Shown here in pieces: positions 1 to 14,073 of a stretch of DNA of 64,000 nt. This stretch comes from Octopus vulgaris (Eukaryota): contig OX597828.1 of assembly GCA_951406725.2 (NCBI GenBank), positions 70,246,001-70,310,000 on the forward strand, written 5' to 3'. The notes beneath the pieces were generated by a model that searched no databases, had not been told where the DNA came from, and worked only from the letters and a program-made list of their open reading frames with translations. The position numbers and the translations under genes were made by a program. Position 1 is the stretch's first letter; each line of letters begins with the position of its first letter.

Positions 1-275
1 GTCCGTTCTCCATGCTAGCATGGGTTGGACGGTTCGACTGGGGTCTGGGAAACCAGGAGGCTACACCAGGCTCCAGTTTGATCTGGCAGTGTTTCTACAG
101 CTGGATGCCTTTCCTAACGCCAACCACTCCGTGAGTGTAGTGGGTGTTTTTTATGTGCCACCGGCACAGGTGCCAAGGGAGGCTGGCAATGGCCACGATC
201 AGTTGGTGTGTTTTACATGCCACCGGCATGGAAGCCAGTGAAGGCAACGCTGGCATCGGCTACGTATGGATGGTG
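1..275 (-). mobile_element. Family A (RTE 3' UTR) copy
   Basis: Reverse complement of the 47648-48249 motifs. Confidence 0.85.
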
Positions 276-593
276 ATAATGATGATATATCACGATATAT
301 AAAAACAATATCACTAAAGGGCATTGTATGTAAGATTTCATTGGTGCACATGGTGCTCAAAACTGCACATGGTCAAGATATTTCATGCATGCAGCAAGAA
401 ATAGTTTTTATGTCCACTTGTCAAAGAACGAGACTACAACTTCAACACTTTAATAATGACAGATGCTACAGGCAGGAACCGGCTTCCTTTTTTTGTCTCT
501 AAGTTAACTACATTCATGATGGCAGACAGATATTTTATACATGTATATATATGAGCGTGTATAAACATGTGTGTGCATATAAGAATTATAATT

Positions 594-625
<32 letters not shown>

Positions 626-839
626 CATATATACATATACACACACACATATATGTGTGTGTGTTGTGTGTGTATATATAAATATATATATACATATACA
701 CACACACATATATATGTGTGTGTGAGTGTGTGTTGTGTGTATGTATGTATAGTTGAAAAGTGTGTTTTTACATACATGAAGACAAGTAGGCATTAACCAA
801 CTACAGGACTCAATACAAGCGTAAGGCCTTTCTCTTTTT

Positions 840-954
840 AATTTTACTGACAGTAACTTTGAAGTTTCACTGACTATATGGCTTATTAAAACCACTGAAC
901 AGATTTAATAAGCCAAATACTCAGTAAGCTTTTGAAGTTACAGTCAATGAAATT
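840..954. repeat. 115-nt imperfect hairpin with 13-nt loop
   Basis: tgacagtaactt...actga.tat.tggcttattaaa pairs with tttaataagcca.ata.tcagt...aagttacagtca. Confidence 0.8.
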
Positions 955-983
955 ACAATACATATACATACATACATATACAT

Positions 984-1138
<155 letters not shown>

Positions 1139-2009
1139 CTCTGTTCCTCTCCTACATAGTGTCGTTAGCTTTCAAATATTCAAATATTCCTTTCTACATT
1201 AAACATGTTGACACTATCTCAAATATTGCTTTTCATGTAGAGGTGTATTGAATTTCTTTAATGTCAAAACTATTATATTTCCCTACGGCAAGCAATTCTG
1301 CCAGGAGATCTGACTAGCAGATAGTATCAGCAATTTGGGAAAAACCAATGGAAGACCAGTTTCCTTGGTTCGATCGGAAAATCAACTGCTACCACCATCA
1401 CAACCGCCGCCACCACCACTACCACCACCACCACCACCACCATCACCACCACCACCACCACCACTGCCACAACCACCACCACCACCACTGCCACTGCCAT
1501 TACTTTGCCAACTAATGAACAACTTTGTGAATTTACTCAATGATTATTTCATCACTGCTTCAGCAAGTACTCCATTGAAGTGTGTGTTTCACTGATGAGT
1601 TCATAATAATATTGAAACATGTCACAATTGTTTCCCATACGTTGATGAAATAATTAAGATGAGGTTGGCATCTGGAAGGGTATCCAGCCTTAGAAAAAAT
1701 TGCTCCAACGTATTCTCATAGAAGCCATGCAAACATGGAAATATTGACCTTAAAACGATGTTGCTGATGATGTTGAAGATGAAGATAATGATGCTGATGA
1801 TGATGATATTAGTCGTTGACTTGTTTTGTTTTTACCTCCTGACTGCATAATTTAGCTGAGTTGATATTTTTATTGTCTTAAATAATCTCAGCTAACTTAT
1901 CTGTCTGTGTGTCTTTATATCTGCCTCACCACATATTATCATGTACTCATCTCTTTTTACATTGTTGTTGTTGTTGTCATTGTATGCTAGCATGGGTTAA
2001 GCAAATACA

Positions 2010-2226
2010 TATGAGCTGAAAAGTTCCTGGTTTTAAGGGTATTGTGAAAGGCCTGATTGGAGGCCCAACCTTCTGAGTTCTTTTACAGGGCTCAGAAAAA
2101 CTGAAGGACCACGGCAATAAGTGTGTGAATCTGAGAGGAGAATACTTTGAATGAAATCATAATTAACTGATCTTCCTGTATTTCCTTTTACTCAAAACCT
2201 GAACTTTTCAGCCCCACCCCCTCGTA
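2010..2226 (+). mobile_element. Mariner-derived MITE retaining the transposase C-terminus
   Basis: Inverted ends gctgaaaagttc / gaacttttcagc...ctcgta. Internal GSEKLKDHGNKCVNLRGEYFE* resembles the mariner C-terminal motif. Confidence 0.75.
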
Positions 2227-2421
2227 TTATTGAGAAACTGTTTTACAGTCAGATGCCTCTTTCTGTCATTAACCTTTACCTGTTTTTTGAGTAAGGTAGA
2301 ATACACTTCATTCATCATTGAAAGTGCAAAGCTCCTGGACAACTTACTGATGTGGAAATGACAGCAAACATCGTCGTTGCTCAGAAATTTCTTCGGACAA
2401 TCACAAATGTCATCAAACAAG

Positions 2422-2452
<31 letters not shown>

Positions 2453-2789
2453 ACGATAAGCTTGTACAATTTTCATCAACTAAATTCACTAACAAGGTGT
2501 TGGTTGGCCCAAACTATAGTACAAAGTATCTGCCCCAGGTGCCATGCGGTGGAACTGAACCAAAAGCAGCAGGGTCATGAAAGAAACTTCTTAACCACAT
2601 AGCCATGGTTGGGCCTAGTCATCCCCATATCCATAGCCCACATCTGCCCCTTGTGTTCAATATGTGCAGACTAACTTCTTATTGATGTGACAACTCAGGA
2701 AAACTTGCAATGTATCTTTTTTTGTAAAGAACATATAAATTATAGCTAAGAGGGGAACTCAATGCTATGAGCACAAAACAATAATAATA

Positions 2790-3306
2790 ATGGCTCTCAT
2801 GGCTTCTGATCTTAACTGATTGGAAGTGTTATCATGTACATTGCTTTGTCTTGGTATAAAAGATGGGCTACAGCAAATATTCTGCTCAATACCACACATT
2901 TGCTTGTCAGTTGTTTGACCTTAACCAGTTGAGCATGTCCCTTAGTGGCTGACGATATGTGCATCTCTGATCACGAGCAGAAGTAGTGGGGGAGCATCAT
3001 AGCCATGTGTTGAGAGGGATTCTTTGGGGTTTGAATAGTTCACCTCTGGAAACATGGGTGTTTCGTTCAACATCCTAAAACAACCCTTATTCAGGGACCT
3101 TTTGAGTAGGATGAAAATTCTAACTGGGCCCCACCTGCAAGGTCATGTGCTGTTTATCTTGATATGAGATCACCATGTCGCTCACATATGGTTGTGATGC
3201 ATGTGCCTGGTGTATCCTTGTCAGACGGGTAGTCATGATGGGTATGCTGGGCTTCGTATATTTTACCTCAGTGTCACTTTGATGGCATGCACTGCTCTCT
3301 CACTCA
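2790..3306. mobile_element. Putative non-coding interspersed element inserted in a (TAA)n tract
   Basis: GC-balanced 0.5-kb block bounded on both sides by aataataat. No ORF. Only one copy in this window. Confidence 0.45.
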
Positions 3307-3674
3307 ATAATAATAATAATAATAATAATAATCCTTTCTATTGAAAGCACAAGGCCTAAAATTTAGGGGAAGGGATTAAGCCAATTACATCAATCCCAAT
3401 GCGTAACTGGTACTTGTTTAATTGACCCTGAAAGGATGAAAGGCAAAGTTGACCTTAGCAGAATTTGAACTCAGAACAGAGCAACGGGTGAAATACTGCT
3501 AAGCATTCTGTTCAGCATGCTAACGATTCTGCTAGCTTGCCGCCTTAGTAATAATAATGATAATGATGGTGATAATAATATAAGAATAATACTAGTAATA
3601 GGTGACTGCCCCAGGTGTCAGGAAGACACTCAGCAAGAAATGGAAACAATTGAAAGAAGACACTAATGAAAATA

Positions 3675-3733
<59 letters not shown>

Positions 3734-3991
3734 CCTAAGTCGATTAGAATTACACCTGTAAATGAAGAAAAAAATTCATTATTTATAATGATAAGATAGG
3801 CAAGGAGACAATTCTAATTTTTTTTTTTTTGTATTTTAGCCATTTTTTTATTTTTCTTTTCCAACTTAGAATACAGGCAGCTATTGGATTATCTCTTAAT
3901 CCAAACAGAGAAAAGGGCAGCAGAAACAAAAACAAAAAAACAAAAAAAAAATGCACTTGTGACATAAAGCAAATACTTCAATCTTGATAAG

Positions 3992-4035
3992 ATGAATTCT
4001 TTAGATGAAGTAGAACCAACTATTGAAGAATTATG
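3992..4035 (+). CDS. Candidate first exon (MNSLDEVEPTIEEL+TG), phase-2 donor
   Basis: ATG followed by 14 codons and TG|gtaagt. It could instead be a LINE remnant (PTIEEL resembles LINE ORF2 sequence). Confidence 0.25.
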
Positions 4036-4362
4036 GTAAGTGCTGAGACGAAATTCCTTAGAAATGTCAAATTCATGTGAATGGAACAAAGCTGGTTTCT
4101 GTTTTTAAACAAGTTCTTTCTCTTTCTTGCATTCTTTTTGTTTGAGAAATGGCAAAAATAGGAAACCATCACATTTGATGTTGGCAGAAACAGCTAACCC
4201 AAAACCCCGTGCAATGAAGGCCCTTTCAGTCAACTGTTCAGGTGTGACTGATGTCAGTAGGGAAGGCCACGGCCAATCCGATATTGTTGTGAGGGAACTG
4301 TAACAGGAAACGGGGAATTGGTGAGCTGAGAAAAGTATGGGATGGTGAAATAATAGCAGGGT

Positions 4363-4426
<64 letters not shown>

Positions 4427-4452
4427 GCTACTACTGCTGCTGCTGCTGCTAC

Positions 4453-4498
<46 letters not shown>

Positions 4499-5067
4499 AC
4501 TACTACTACTACTACTACTACTACAACATCATATATACACATGTACATATGTTCAAACCTACATACTTACATACATACAAGCATACATACATACGTACAT
4601 ACATACTTACATACATACAAGCATACATACATGCATACATATATGCATACATGCATACATACTTACATACACACATACTTACATACATACATGCATGCAT
4701 ACATACATGCATGCATACTATACCATACATACATACAAGCATACATACATGCATGCATACTCTACCATACATACATGCATACCATACCATACCTGCATAC
4801 ATGCATACATATATACATACCTGCATACATACATGCATACATACAAAAATACCCTGTTGTTGATGTTGAAATTCCAATGAGGGAACTTCGGATCTAGGTT
4901 AGAAAGCAATTCTTTCTCTGTTGGGAAGAAATCTTGAAATAAACTGAATAATGATACACACATACTTACACACAATATAAAAATGTTAAAATATGGAGGT
5001 TGTAAAACATATGAGGAAGGACAAGACAGAGTTACATAATAATGAGGGGAGGAGCAACGATGTTATA

Positions 5068-5424
5068 CATCATCACCATCATCATCATCATCGTTTAATG
5101 TCTGTTTTCCATGCTAGCACGGGTTGGACGGCTCGACTGGGGTCTAGGAAGCCAGGGGCCACACCAGGCTCCAATCTGATCTGGCAAAGTTTCTACAGCT
5201 GGATGCCCTTCCTAATGCCAACCACTCCGCGAGTGTAGTGGGTGCTTTTTATGTGCCACCTGCACAGGTGCCAGGGGCGTCCGGCATCGGCCACGATCGC
5301 TTGGTGCTTTTAACGTGCCACCGGCACGGAAGCCAGCCAAGGCGGCGCTGGCATTGGCCATGTTCGGATGGTGCTTTTTATGTGCCACTGGCACTGGAGC
5401 CAGTCGAGGCAGCGCTGGCATCGA
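5068..5424 (-). mobile_element. Family A (RTE 3' UTR) copy
   Basis: (cat)n tail, catgctagca...ggatgcccttcctaa, and three gtgccac units. Confidence 0.85.
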
Positions 5425-6049
5425 TTAAAACATAAAAAATTTTATAAAATACAAACTATATATTAAAGAAAAAACATCATAATAAAGCAAAGCATAATGT
5501 AAAAATAAGATCATGAGGACCAGCCAGGGTAAACCTCTCCCACGTAGTTGGGAACTCTGCTAGCTAGGTTGGGCCGAAGCCCTCCATGAAACTGCTGTCC
5601 CAATATACATGGCGATGCATTTGAGCATTTTGATTACCAGATTGGCCAAGAAACTTGGAAAAAGCTTGCTAATGCAAATGTAGTCAATCAAAAACTCTGC
5701 ATACCTGATATCAGTAAGTTTCAGGGGTCATTAGGAGAGAATGCAAACCATTTGGGGGCCTTCTTCTCAAATGCATTACAGTGCACTGGCTCCTGCCTCC
5801 TGATATAAGGCCCCCACCTGCTTTTTTGACTGACTAGACTCTTTACAAAATTCTACAGAAGTGGTTCATTCATAGACTGCTTGTGTAGTTTCACAGAAGT
5901 TCATAAACTATTTGTGTTGCATTTTACAGTACTTCATACCCTGCCTGTGTGGTTTTTCACTTGTGGACTATCATTGGGATGTTCTGTAAAATTTGAACCA
6001 CCCTCCTTCATGACCAACACATTACAGAATTCTTCTTCCTTCAGTTTGT

Positions 6050-6246
6050 TTAACCCTTCAGCATAAAGATTACTCTACCAAATGCAATGCTTATTTGTTC
6101 ACTCTGTTGGGTGGTTGGTGTTAGGAAGGGCATCCAGCTGTAAACATCCTGCCAAAACAGACACAGAAGTCTGGTGCAGGCTCTTGCCTGGTCAGCTTCT
6201 GTCAAGCTGTCCAACCCATACCAGCATGGAGGGCAGATGTTAAACA

Positions 6247-6288
<42 letters not shown>

Positions 6289-6468
6289 GCAATGTTGTTT
6301 TGAATAATCATGCACTATTTTGTAGATCTCATAAATTTCGATGATTTGATTGTTTATTTTAGAAGGACATTCCAGGGAAGGTGTGAAAGGCCAGATCTGT
6401 CTAGTTTGAACGTGAAATGGGCAGAATATTTTGGTTGGATGTAGCCTGTTTAAACTCTAAGGGGTTAA
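6050..6468. mobile_element. piggyBac-type MITE interrupted by a family A insertion (6103-6290)
   Basis: TTAA|CCCTT...GGGG|TTAA ends. A related degenerate copy lies at about 11930-12495. Confidence 0.7.
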
Positions 6469-7122
6469 TAATTCTGTCAACTCTTTTTTTTGTTTTGCAA
6501 ACAGCTGTGTTCTTCCTTTTGAAATGGTAGGGAGATGTATTGCCCCTCACCCTCACACATTTTAAGTACTTTATCTAATTTTGCAAGTTTTTGTTTCTTT
6601 TATAAGGGAGATTACTCTCTGCTTTTCCTGCCCTTCCTGATCTCTTCAGCCATGTGCCACCCTTGCTTGCTCAGAATCTCCTCTTTATATTATCACAAAA
6701 CAATGAGGTAGTGTTGTTTGTGTTTATGTTTGAGAGACAGAATCCTCAGCTTTTTGGTTTCTCCTGGAACTGAGGAAAAAAGCAAAATTCTTTGACATTT
6801 CCAGATCTGGGTCCAGTGGTACACAAAGAATGAAAACCTTCATGGTATTTTTTTTTTATTTTTCATTTCTCCCAAGACAGACACATTTGAGTATATTATC
6901 CTTGGTGCACAATACAACAGGATGGTCATGGCTGAAATCCTTTTGATTAAAGGTGTTCTCAACCTGAACTGACCTGGGGCTAAGCAAAAATGACAGCCAC
7001 AACACCAAAAATGCATATTTGATTCATTAATAAATATGTTAATTAGTTCTACAGACAAACTTGGCATTCTAAAATTCGGTTAATCTGATGTGTCTTCTTC
7101 ACATCTTTGTATCTTTATACAT

Positions 7123-7153
<31 letters not shown>

Positions 7154-7961
7154 TATTTCACTGAATATTTACTGCTGTTTCTCTCTATTTAGCTTGTAAA
7201 ATAATGAAACCGACTGACCCCGTCTTCTCATCTCTGCCCCTCCCCTCCCGCCCCTCCCCATCTGCCTCATCCACCCCCACCCCCCAATTTCTCCCCCACT
7301 TTCTTTCCCCGTTTTTGTTTCTCTTTCATTTCTGTTAGTTAATACCATGCAACATTAGTATCACCATGCTACTTTTTCTATTTTATCTTCACCGAAATAA
7401 TCTATTGTTAATCTTCTTAAATCCAATTGTCAACTATTGAATAAGCTCTGCCATAGCTGCAGTGTAAATCTACTTTACTGGATTTAACAAGCTTCTCTAG
7501 ATGTGGATTAAACGTTGTACAACAGAAATCTACTTAGTTTGTGGTCAGTCGGTATACCAGCTGTTTGGGATTAACTGTTAACAACTGTTTGTTGCTATTA
7601 TTGCTTATATTTCAGCTCAGCTGTACTCAATGGGTACTCCATTGTACTCTTACTGTATTCAACAGCATTTAATATACTCTACTTTCACACAGTGTCACTG
7701 TACGCTGCTGTACTTTACTGTGCAATGTCATATTGGTACTCTACTCTTGTGCATGTCACTGTATTATAACTTTGTTGTACAATATACCCTGTTTCTGTAC
7801 TCTGCAGTTAATGTATCTACTACACTACACTCTTACCATACAGTCTGTACTCTATTCTTGCTGTACCCTGCTGTGTAATATACTGTCTCACAGTATCATA
7901 TATTCTTATTGTTCTCTACTATACTGTACATTATTGTAGCTTACTCCAATGTACTCTACAG

Positions 7962-8109
7962 TAATTCTTCTTCTTCAAGCAACCGCAGTGCATCACAAAA
8001 TGCTTCACCAGTAATCTCTCTGTTCCCCAACGCCATTATCTTTGGTAGATCCTCAATTCCACGTCCTGTCTTTGCCAATGTAACTGAGAGCTCTTTGTCC
8101 TCTAAAAAG
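7962..8109 (+). CDS. Candidate Ser-rich exon (phase 2 to phase 0)
   Basis: Acceptor tactctacag|, donor AAG|gtatca. Open frame NSSSSSNRSASQNASPVISLFPNAIIFGRSSIPRPVFANVTESSLSSKK. High-complexity island inside a degenerate TACTG repeat region. Confidence 0.3.
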
Positions 8110-9077
8110 GTATCAAAGCCTCCAAAATATAACATCTGATATGACCTCTAATACTGTTTCTCTGTTCTATTCTGTTGTTATATACTGCCCAGTGGCATAT
8201 TGATGTAACCTACTCTGTAACAGTATTTTTACTGTACTCGGCTGTACTCTAGTATTTTACATAAATGTATTGTGTTGTTATTAGCAAGTTCTGCAATACA
8301 ATTGTTTGCGGCATAGTACAATGCTGTTTTATACTGTTCTCTATACAGTACTCTACTGTAGCGTTATTGTACTCTACTGTATTATTAATGTACTTTTCCC
8401 CCTGCATTGTACTCTAATTTGTTGGTATAATGGTCATGAGATATGAATGGATGATATATGCTCAGTTCAAGTAGTTCTTTGTTGCAATAATGTTGTGTTT
8501 AAGTGGGTAGATGAGACCTCACTAGTTAAAGGGTATCTAGGGTAGATGTTTGGTTGACCATTCAGCTGATTTATGAAACTTTACTCACCAAAATGTGGAG
8601 GTGTGTGGCTTAGTGGTGAAGGTGTTGGACTCATGATTGTAAGATTGCAGTTTCGATTCCTGGAGCAGGTGACATATTGTTTCCTTGAGCAAAACACTTT
8701 ATTTCACATTGCTGCAGTCCACTCAGCTGGCAAAAAGGAGCAACCTTGCAATGGACTGGCGCCCCATCCAGGTGGAGAATATATACGCCATGGAAGCCGG
8801 GAAACCAGCCCTTATGAGCATGCATGACTTGGGAAGGAACTTCACTTCACTCACCAATATGGTACCCCTGAAACACCAAGTTACACACCCTTCTATCCTC
8901 CTCACCAACTGGGACCCACAAATTGTGTTTCTCTCATTGTTGCTATCATTACAGTTGACATGAGCCAACATTAAGTGCTTGAAGTGGTTACTTGATCTAT
9001 CAAAAACAGCAACCAAATAACCTTCAAATCATATGGTGTCATCTTAAAGTAAAGGGAAGGGAAATGTGATCCTAGAT

Positions 9078-9257
9078 CATCAGCTATTAACCATGGCTCC
9101 CAGGACAATATGGGGGCCCTCAAGCATCCTTTCAGTGGCCCTTGGTGACCTTCCCTAATTGACTTGTGTTTTCCTTTTTTTTTTTTCGGTGCAGTCCCCA
9201 CTAAAAAACTCCAGGTTTTGGATCTGACCTGGATATTAAAAAGGTTGAGAACCACTG
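9078..9257. mobile_element. hAT-type MITE
   Basis: 8-bp duplication tcctagat at 9070-9077 and 9258-9265. The right end ggttgagaaccactg is a hAT/Charlie-like TIR; the left end is degenerate. Confidence 0.7.
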
Positions 9258-10230
9258 TCCTAGATACAGTGCATCAAAGAAAATAAGACAGGATGGTCAT
9301 GGCTGAAATGTCTTTTGTTGATCATAGGTCTGCTTGATCATCATTAACTTGAGATAATAATAACAACAACAACACTAGACCACAAGGAATTTTGTTCTAT
9401 GCTCCAGTAATTCTGACCATCTTTAACCTCAAGTTAGAGCAAAAATGTTCTTGGAGACATGGTGAGATGAGAAGTGAAATGTAGTTGGTTGGGCCTCATT
9501 GGTGACGGGGAATTGAGATGAAGGCAGTTAGGGGAAGATAAACAAGGATTTGTAGATCTAACCAACCCCTGTCATCTTGTAAAAATATATGGTGGTGGTG
9601 GTGGGGTGGTGAAAGTGACAATGGCAACAACAATGATGATGATACTGATGATGTTCATAATGATGATGGCAATGGCTGGAGTTGTTGTGGTGGTGATGAT
9701 GATCATAGTGGCAGTAATGATTCTGGTAGTTATAATGGTGGGGATGGTGGTGGTGAAAATGATGATGGAAATCATAATGATGATGATGATGATATTAATG
9801 CTGGTGGCAGCGGCGGTGGTGGTGGTGGTGATGGTGGAAGTGATGATGATTTTTTTTTTCTTTTTTTTGTCAAGCATTATATTTCCCGTGCTTTGTTTTG
9901 TCAGCTGTACATTGGCTGCTACAACATCACACAGTGTGGCTATATCCAAGCAGCTATAGCATTGTTGAAATACAATTATATAACACGAACAGGGCCACTG
10001 AAATAACACTCATTGTCTACACTGTCTAACACCCCCTCACCCACACACACACACACACACGTGCAGGAGTACGTATATACATCATTATGATGAAGATGAT
10101 GATGATCATCACCATCATCCTTTAATGTCTTTTTATCATGCTGTCATGGGTTGGATTACTATCATGGGTTGTATATATATACATATAAACATGTATGAGT
10201 ATGTGTGTGTGTATATATATATATATATAT

Positions 10231-10603
10231 AAATCGATCAATGGAAATTGCAGATGTGTTACCAGTGCCGGTGGCATGTAAGAGAACCTTCCGTTTCGCG
10301 ACCATTGCCAGCACCGCCCCGTTTCGTGTCCATTGCCAGCCTCGCCTGGCCCTCGTGCCGGTGGCACATAAAAAGCACCATCCGTTCGTGGCCGTTTGCC
10401 AGCTCTGTCTGGCACCTGTGCTGGTGGCACGTAAAAAGCACCCACTACACTCTCGGAGTGGTTGGCGTTAGGAAGGGCATCCAGCCGTAGAAACACTGCC
10501 AGATTTGACTGGGCCTGATGCAGCCTTCTGGCTTCACAGACCCCAGTAGAACCGTCCAACCCATGCTAGCATGGAAAACGGACGCTAAACGATGATGATG
10601 ATG
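10231..10603 (+). mobile_element. Family A (RTE 3' UTR) copy
   Basis: Three gtgccggtggca-type units and a (gat)n tail. Further partial copies lie near 1660, 6103, 14675, 20740, 29623, 41570, 59257 and 59500. Confidence 0.85.
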
Positions 10604-11006
10604 ATATATGTGTGTGTATAAGTAGCAATGATGTACAATGAATTGACACCTGTACATCTTTGTTACTCATTTATATTTTATTCACCTAACCTGGAATCTG
10701 TACTTTGGAAATACTGTAGAAAGTACCTTTATAAAAAGTACAGGTCTGAATTACAAGAGAGCGGATACCTTCACTTTGCTTGGTTGCATTGTCTGCACAC
10801 ATGGCAGGAATATCAGGTACAAACACCCCTGCATGGAGTCTTGATATTCAGTCTTCAAATAATATTGTTGGGGTGTGTGGATTATACCGACCTTGCAAGG
10901 TGCCTCAATTTAAGTACCGAATTCATCTGAATCTTATATATATATATATATATATATATAAGGATGAGACCTTGCTTTTCGCTATCATTGTCATAACATT
11001 TTGTTA

Positions 11007-11187
11007 GGCATCGAGCTGGCAGAATCATTAGCATACCAGGAAATACTTAGTGGTATTTCGCCTGTCGCTACATTCTGAGTTCAAGTTCTGAGGTGAACTT
11101 TGCCTTTCATCCTTTTGGGGGTTGATAAATTAAGTACCAGTTGAGTACTGGGGTCGATGTAATCGACTTAACCCCTCGCCCCAAATT
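11007..11187 (+). mobile_element. SINE family B copy
   Basis: Same head and core. Other copies at about 3331-3547(-), 24475-24625, 50690-50888, 52465-52805 and 57802-58012(-). Confidence 0.8.
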
Positions 11188-11622
11188 TTGTATCAATTTG
11201 TGTAGCATATCTTCTTCCTTCTCTGATAGTTTAGTGGTATAGTGTGCTTTGTTTCTTCTCTTTTCAGCAGAAATAATTTTTACAGTTTAATATAAAGTAT
11301 AAAGCGAATGTTTGTATCCATTTAGCTCTTAATTTCCTATAAGACCCAGTACAATAACTAGATTGCATTGGTCAGCAAGTCCTGAAATGCAGGATATCAC
11401 AAAAATCATATTAACCTTGTTTACATTCATTTTGAAGGAAGGGAAGAATTCCTTGATGAAAGGAAGTAAAATCCCAAACACTTTTTTAATTGTTTATTTC
11501 TATTTTGTTATGGAATCACAGGGACTTTTAACAAAGAAAATCTTCAACAAGTTAAAGCATAGTATTTTATTTGCAACAAAGGATCATTACAGAATATACT
11601 ACAGAATTCCATAGTGCATATA

Positions 11623-11858
11623 TATTTCTTTACTACCCACAAGGGGCTAAACACAGAGGGGACAAACAAGGACAGACAAACGGATTAAGTCGATTACATC
11701 GATCCCAGTGCGTAACTGGTACTTAATTTATCGACCCCGAAAGGATGAAAGGCAAAGTCGACCTCGGCGGAATTTGAACTCAGAACGTTGCGGCAGACGA
11801 AATACGGCTACACATTTCGCCCGGCGTGCTAACGTTTCTGCCAGCTCGCCGCTTTGTG
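11623..11858 (-). mobile_element. tRNA-derived SINE family B (Meta/MESC-like central domain), young full-length copy
   Basis: Head ggcgagctggcagaaacgttagc, B-box gagttcaaattcc, core gcctttcatcctttcggggtcgataaattaagtacc. 13-bp target-site duplication catagtgcatata at 11610-11622 and 11859-11871. Confidence 0.88.
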
Positions 11859-12171
11859 CATAGTGCATATAATGAAAGCCATGGATGTTGTAACATTGAC
11901 CTGTGTTTTACTGTCTTTCCTTTAGCCACATCCCGTTCACATTCAGATTACTTCGTTGATTTCTTTGTTTAGTTCTTCACTTTGTTTTAAATTAATCATG
12001 TATTATCTCATAGCTTTGAGATTTCGATGATGCAGTTGTTAATGTTTAGAATAACATTTGCAGGAAAGGTGTGAGAGGCTGGATCTGGGTGGTTTGAGCA
12101 TAAAAGAGGGAGAATTTTAGAAAATTACTATTTTTAAATCTCACAACAAGAGATATTCAGCAACAGTACTT

Positions 12172-12444
12172 TGGAGTAAAGCGCTTTTTGCCAACGTAAC
12201 ATGGCAGTCCTGGTTTAGGATGAATGTTACTATAATTTAGCTGATGAAGAGAAATAACTTGGAAACTGTGATACACAGATAATGTTGAGCTGAGTGGGGA
12301 TGCTAGATTTCCTTGTTTGAAAATATAAGGACACAGATCATGTCGTATAGCCAGCTGGAGACAATGTCTCCTGGGGCTAAATTACAGCAACATTCATCCT
12401 AAACCAGGACTGCCATGTTATGTTGGCAAACAATCTTTACTCCA
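12172..12444. mobile_element. MITE with ~70-bp inverted arms, nested in a piggyBac-type MITE
   Basis: tggagtaaag...aacatggcagtcctggtttaggatgaatgtt...aatttagc pairs with gctaaatt...aacattcatcctaaaccaggactgccatgtt...ctttactcca. Confidence 0.8.
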
Positions 12445-14073
12445 GGGAGAATTTTGTATTGTCAGATATAGCTGGTTTGAATGCTGAAGGATTATACAGC
12501 ATCTTGATCTTGTTGGAGAATATAGACATCTTTGTTTATCGTAGTCTCCAACATACTCTTAATGTTGTTTGCATAACTGTGAATATATTCAAATGTATAT
12601 ACTTGTCACCATCTGGCTTTGGTCTTTCAGGAAATCAGATACCTGGGCTGACAGTTTCTATCAAAGCAGGAATTGTATCAAATGTTGTTTAAAAGAATCT
12701 GTTTGTCTAAACAGTTTTTAACACTTTTCCATAATCTTCTCTGTGTAGAACTTTTGAAAGTTAGCAAGTGACACAGATGCATAATCATCTGCATCTCACA
12801 ACCAACTTTATGAATGTGTATTATGTTGACAATATTCAACATTTCTGATTGTTATCTGCTCTCTAAAGTGTTCTGATCGAGTATTTTCAGAACATTGACA
12901 GGATTGACTTTCACAAGTCTTTTCTCAAGAAGAGCTATAATACCTTCTGGTCCTTCAGCTGCATTCGTATCAAGAACACGTATTGATTTGGTTAGAATCC
13001 ATTCTGTTAATGTCACAAGAACATGAGAATATGCAAAACAATTTGTTTTTTATGGTGGAACTCAAAGTAGATAAAGCTTTGAATAATAGCTAAAAATTGG
13101 GGGTTTAAAAGCCCCTTTGGTAAAACCCAGATGTTATCTTTTATCTTTTCTTTGCTTCAGTCATTAGACTGGGGCCATGCTGGGGCACATCAAACAGTTT
13201 TACAGAAGATGTGGATTAAAGTCTCACAAGCAACCTTCCACTTTTACTGTCCATAGAGGTTTTTTTAATCCAATATTCTACACGTTATTAATTATTTCTT
13301 TCAACTTCCACGTTTAAAAACAAATTATTATGCTAAAATTATTTGCCTCAAACTATGATGAGAAGTTGCCGTGTCATAGTATAATATATATATATATATA
13401 TATATATCCATCTGGCTGTTCAATTTGTTGCTGTTTGCCTGGCTGAGGAGAAGACACACTCATGTTGCAGTTTGAGTAGATGACAAAGACAAATCTGGCA
13501 AAGGGTCAGCCATATTCAAGAAATCATGACCCTGAAGCAGACTAAATTTTCATTTGAAGATTAGAGACTCACATGCTAAGTGGAAGAACGCCTTGATTAT
13601 TCTTCTTCATAGAAGCGTATCAGTGCAGCATCAATGAGTTTTATATTAATATTCTTCATTCCAGTTTGGTTCTTGTGTAAACAGAACCAAACTGGAGTCT
13701 TTAGAAATGTTCGAATATATTTCCTTGTGATGATTCGTCTGTCCCTAGGATGTGTATTTTTATATTATTCCAATGTGTGAGAGGAGCATCATGTGACTTT
13801 AAAATGTTTCAATATTTCTTTGTAAAGAAATTTTAGTTTTGTTCTCCTGGATTATTTCTCCCAAAATATCAGACCAATCTACTGATTCACTGCAGACGGA
13901 ACTTTGTTGATTGGCACCCAATTAGTTCTGAGGAGGTCTGTACATGAGATTAGGAACGTACATACATACATGCCAGTATGCATGCATACATACGTACGTA
14001 CATATGTATGTACATACATACATACACACACACACATACATACATACATACATACATACATACATACATACAT

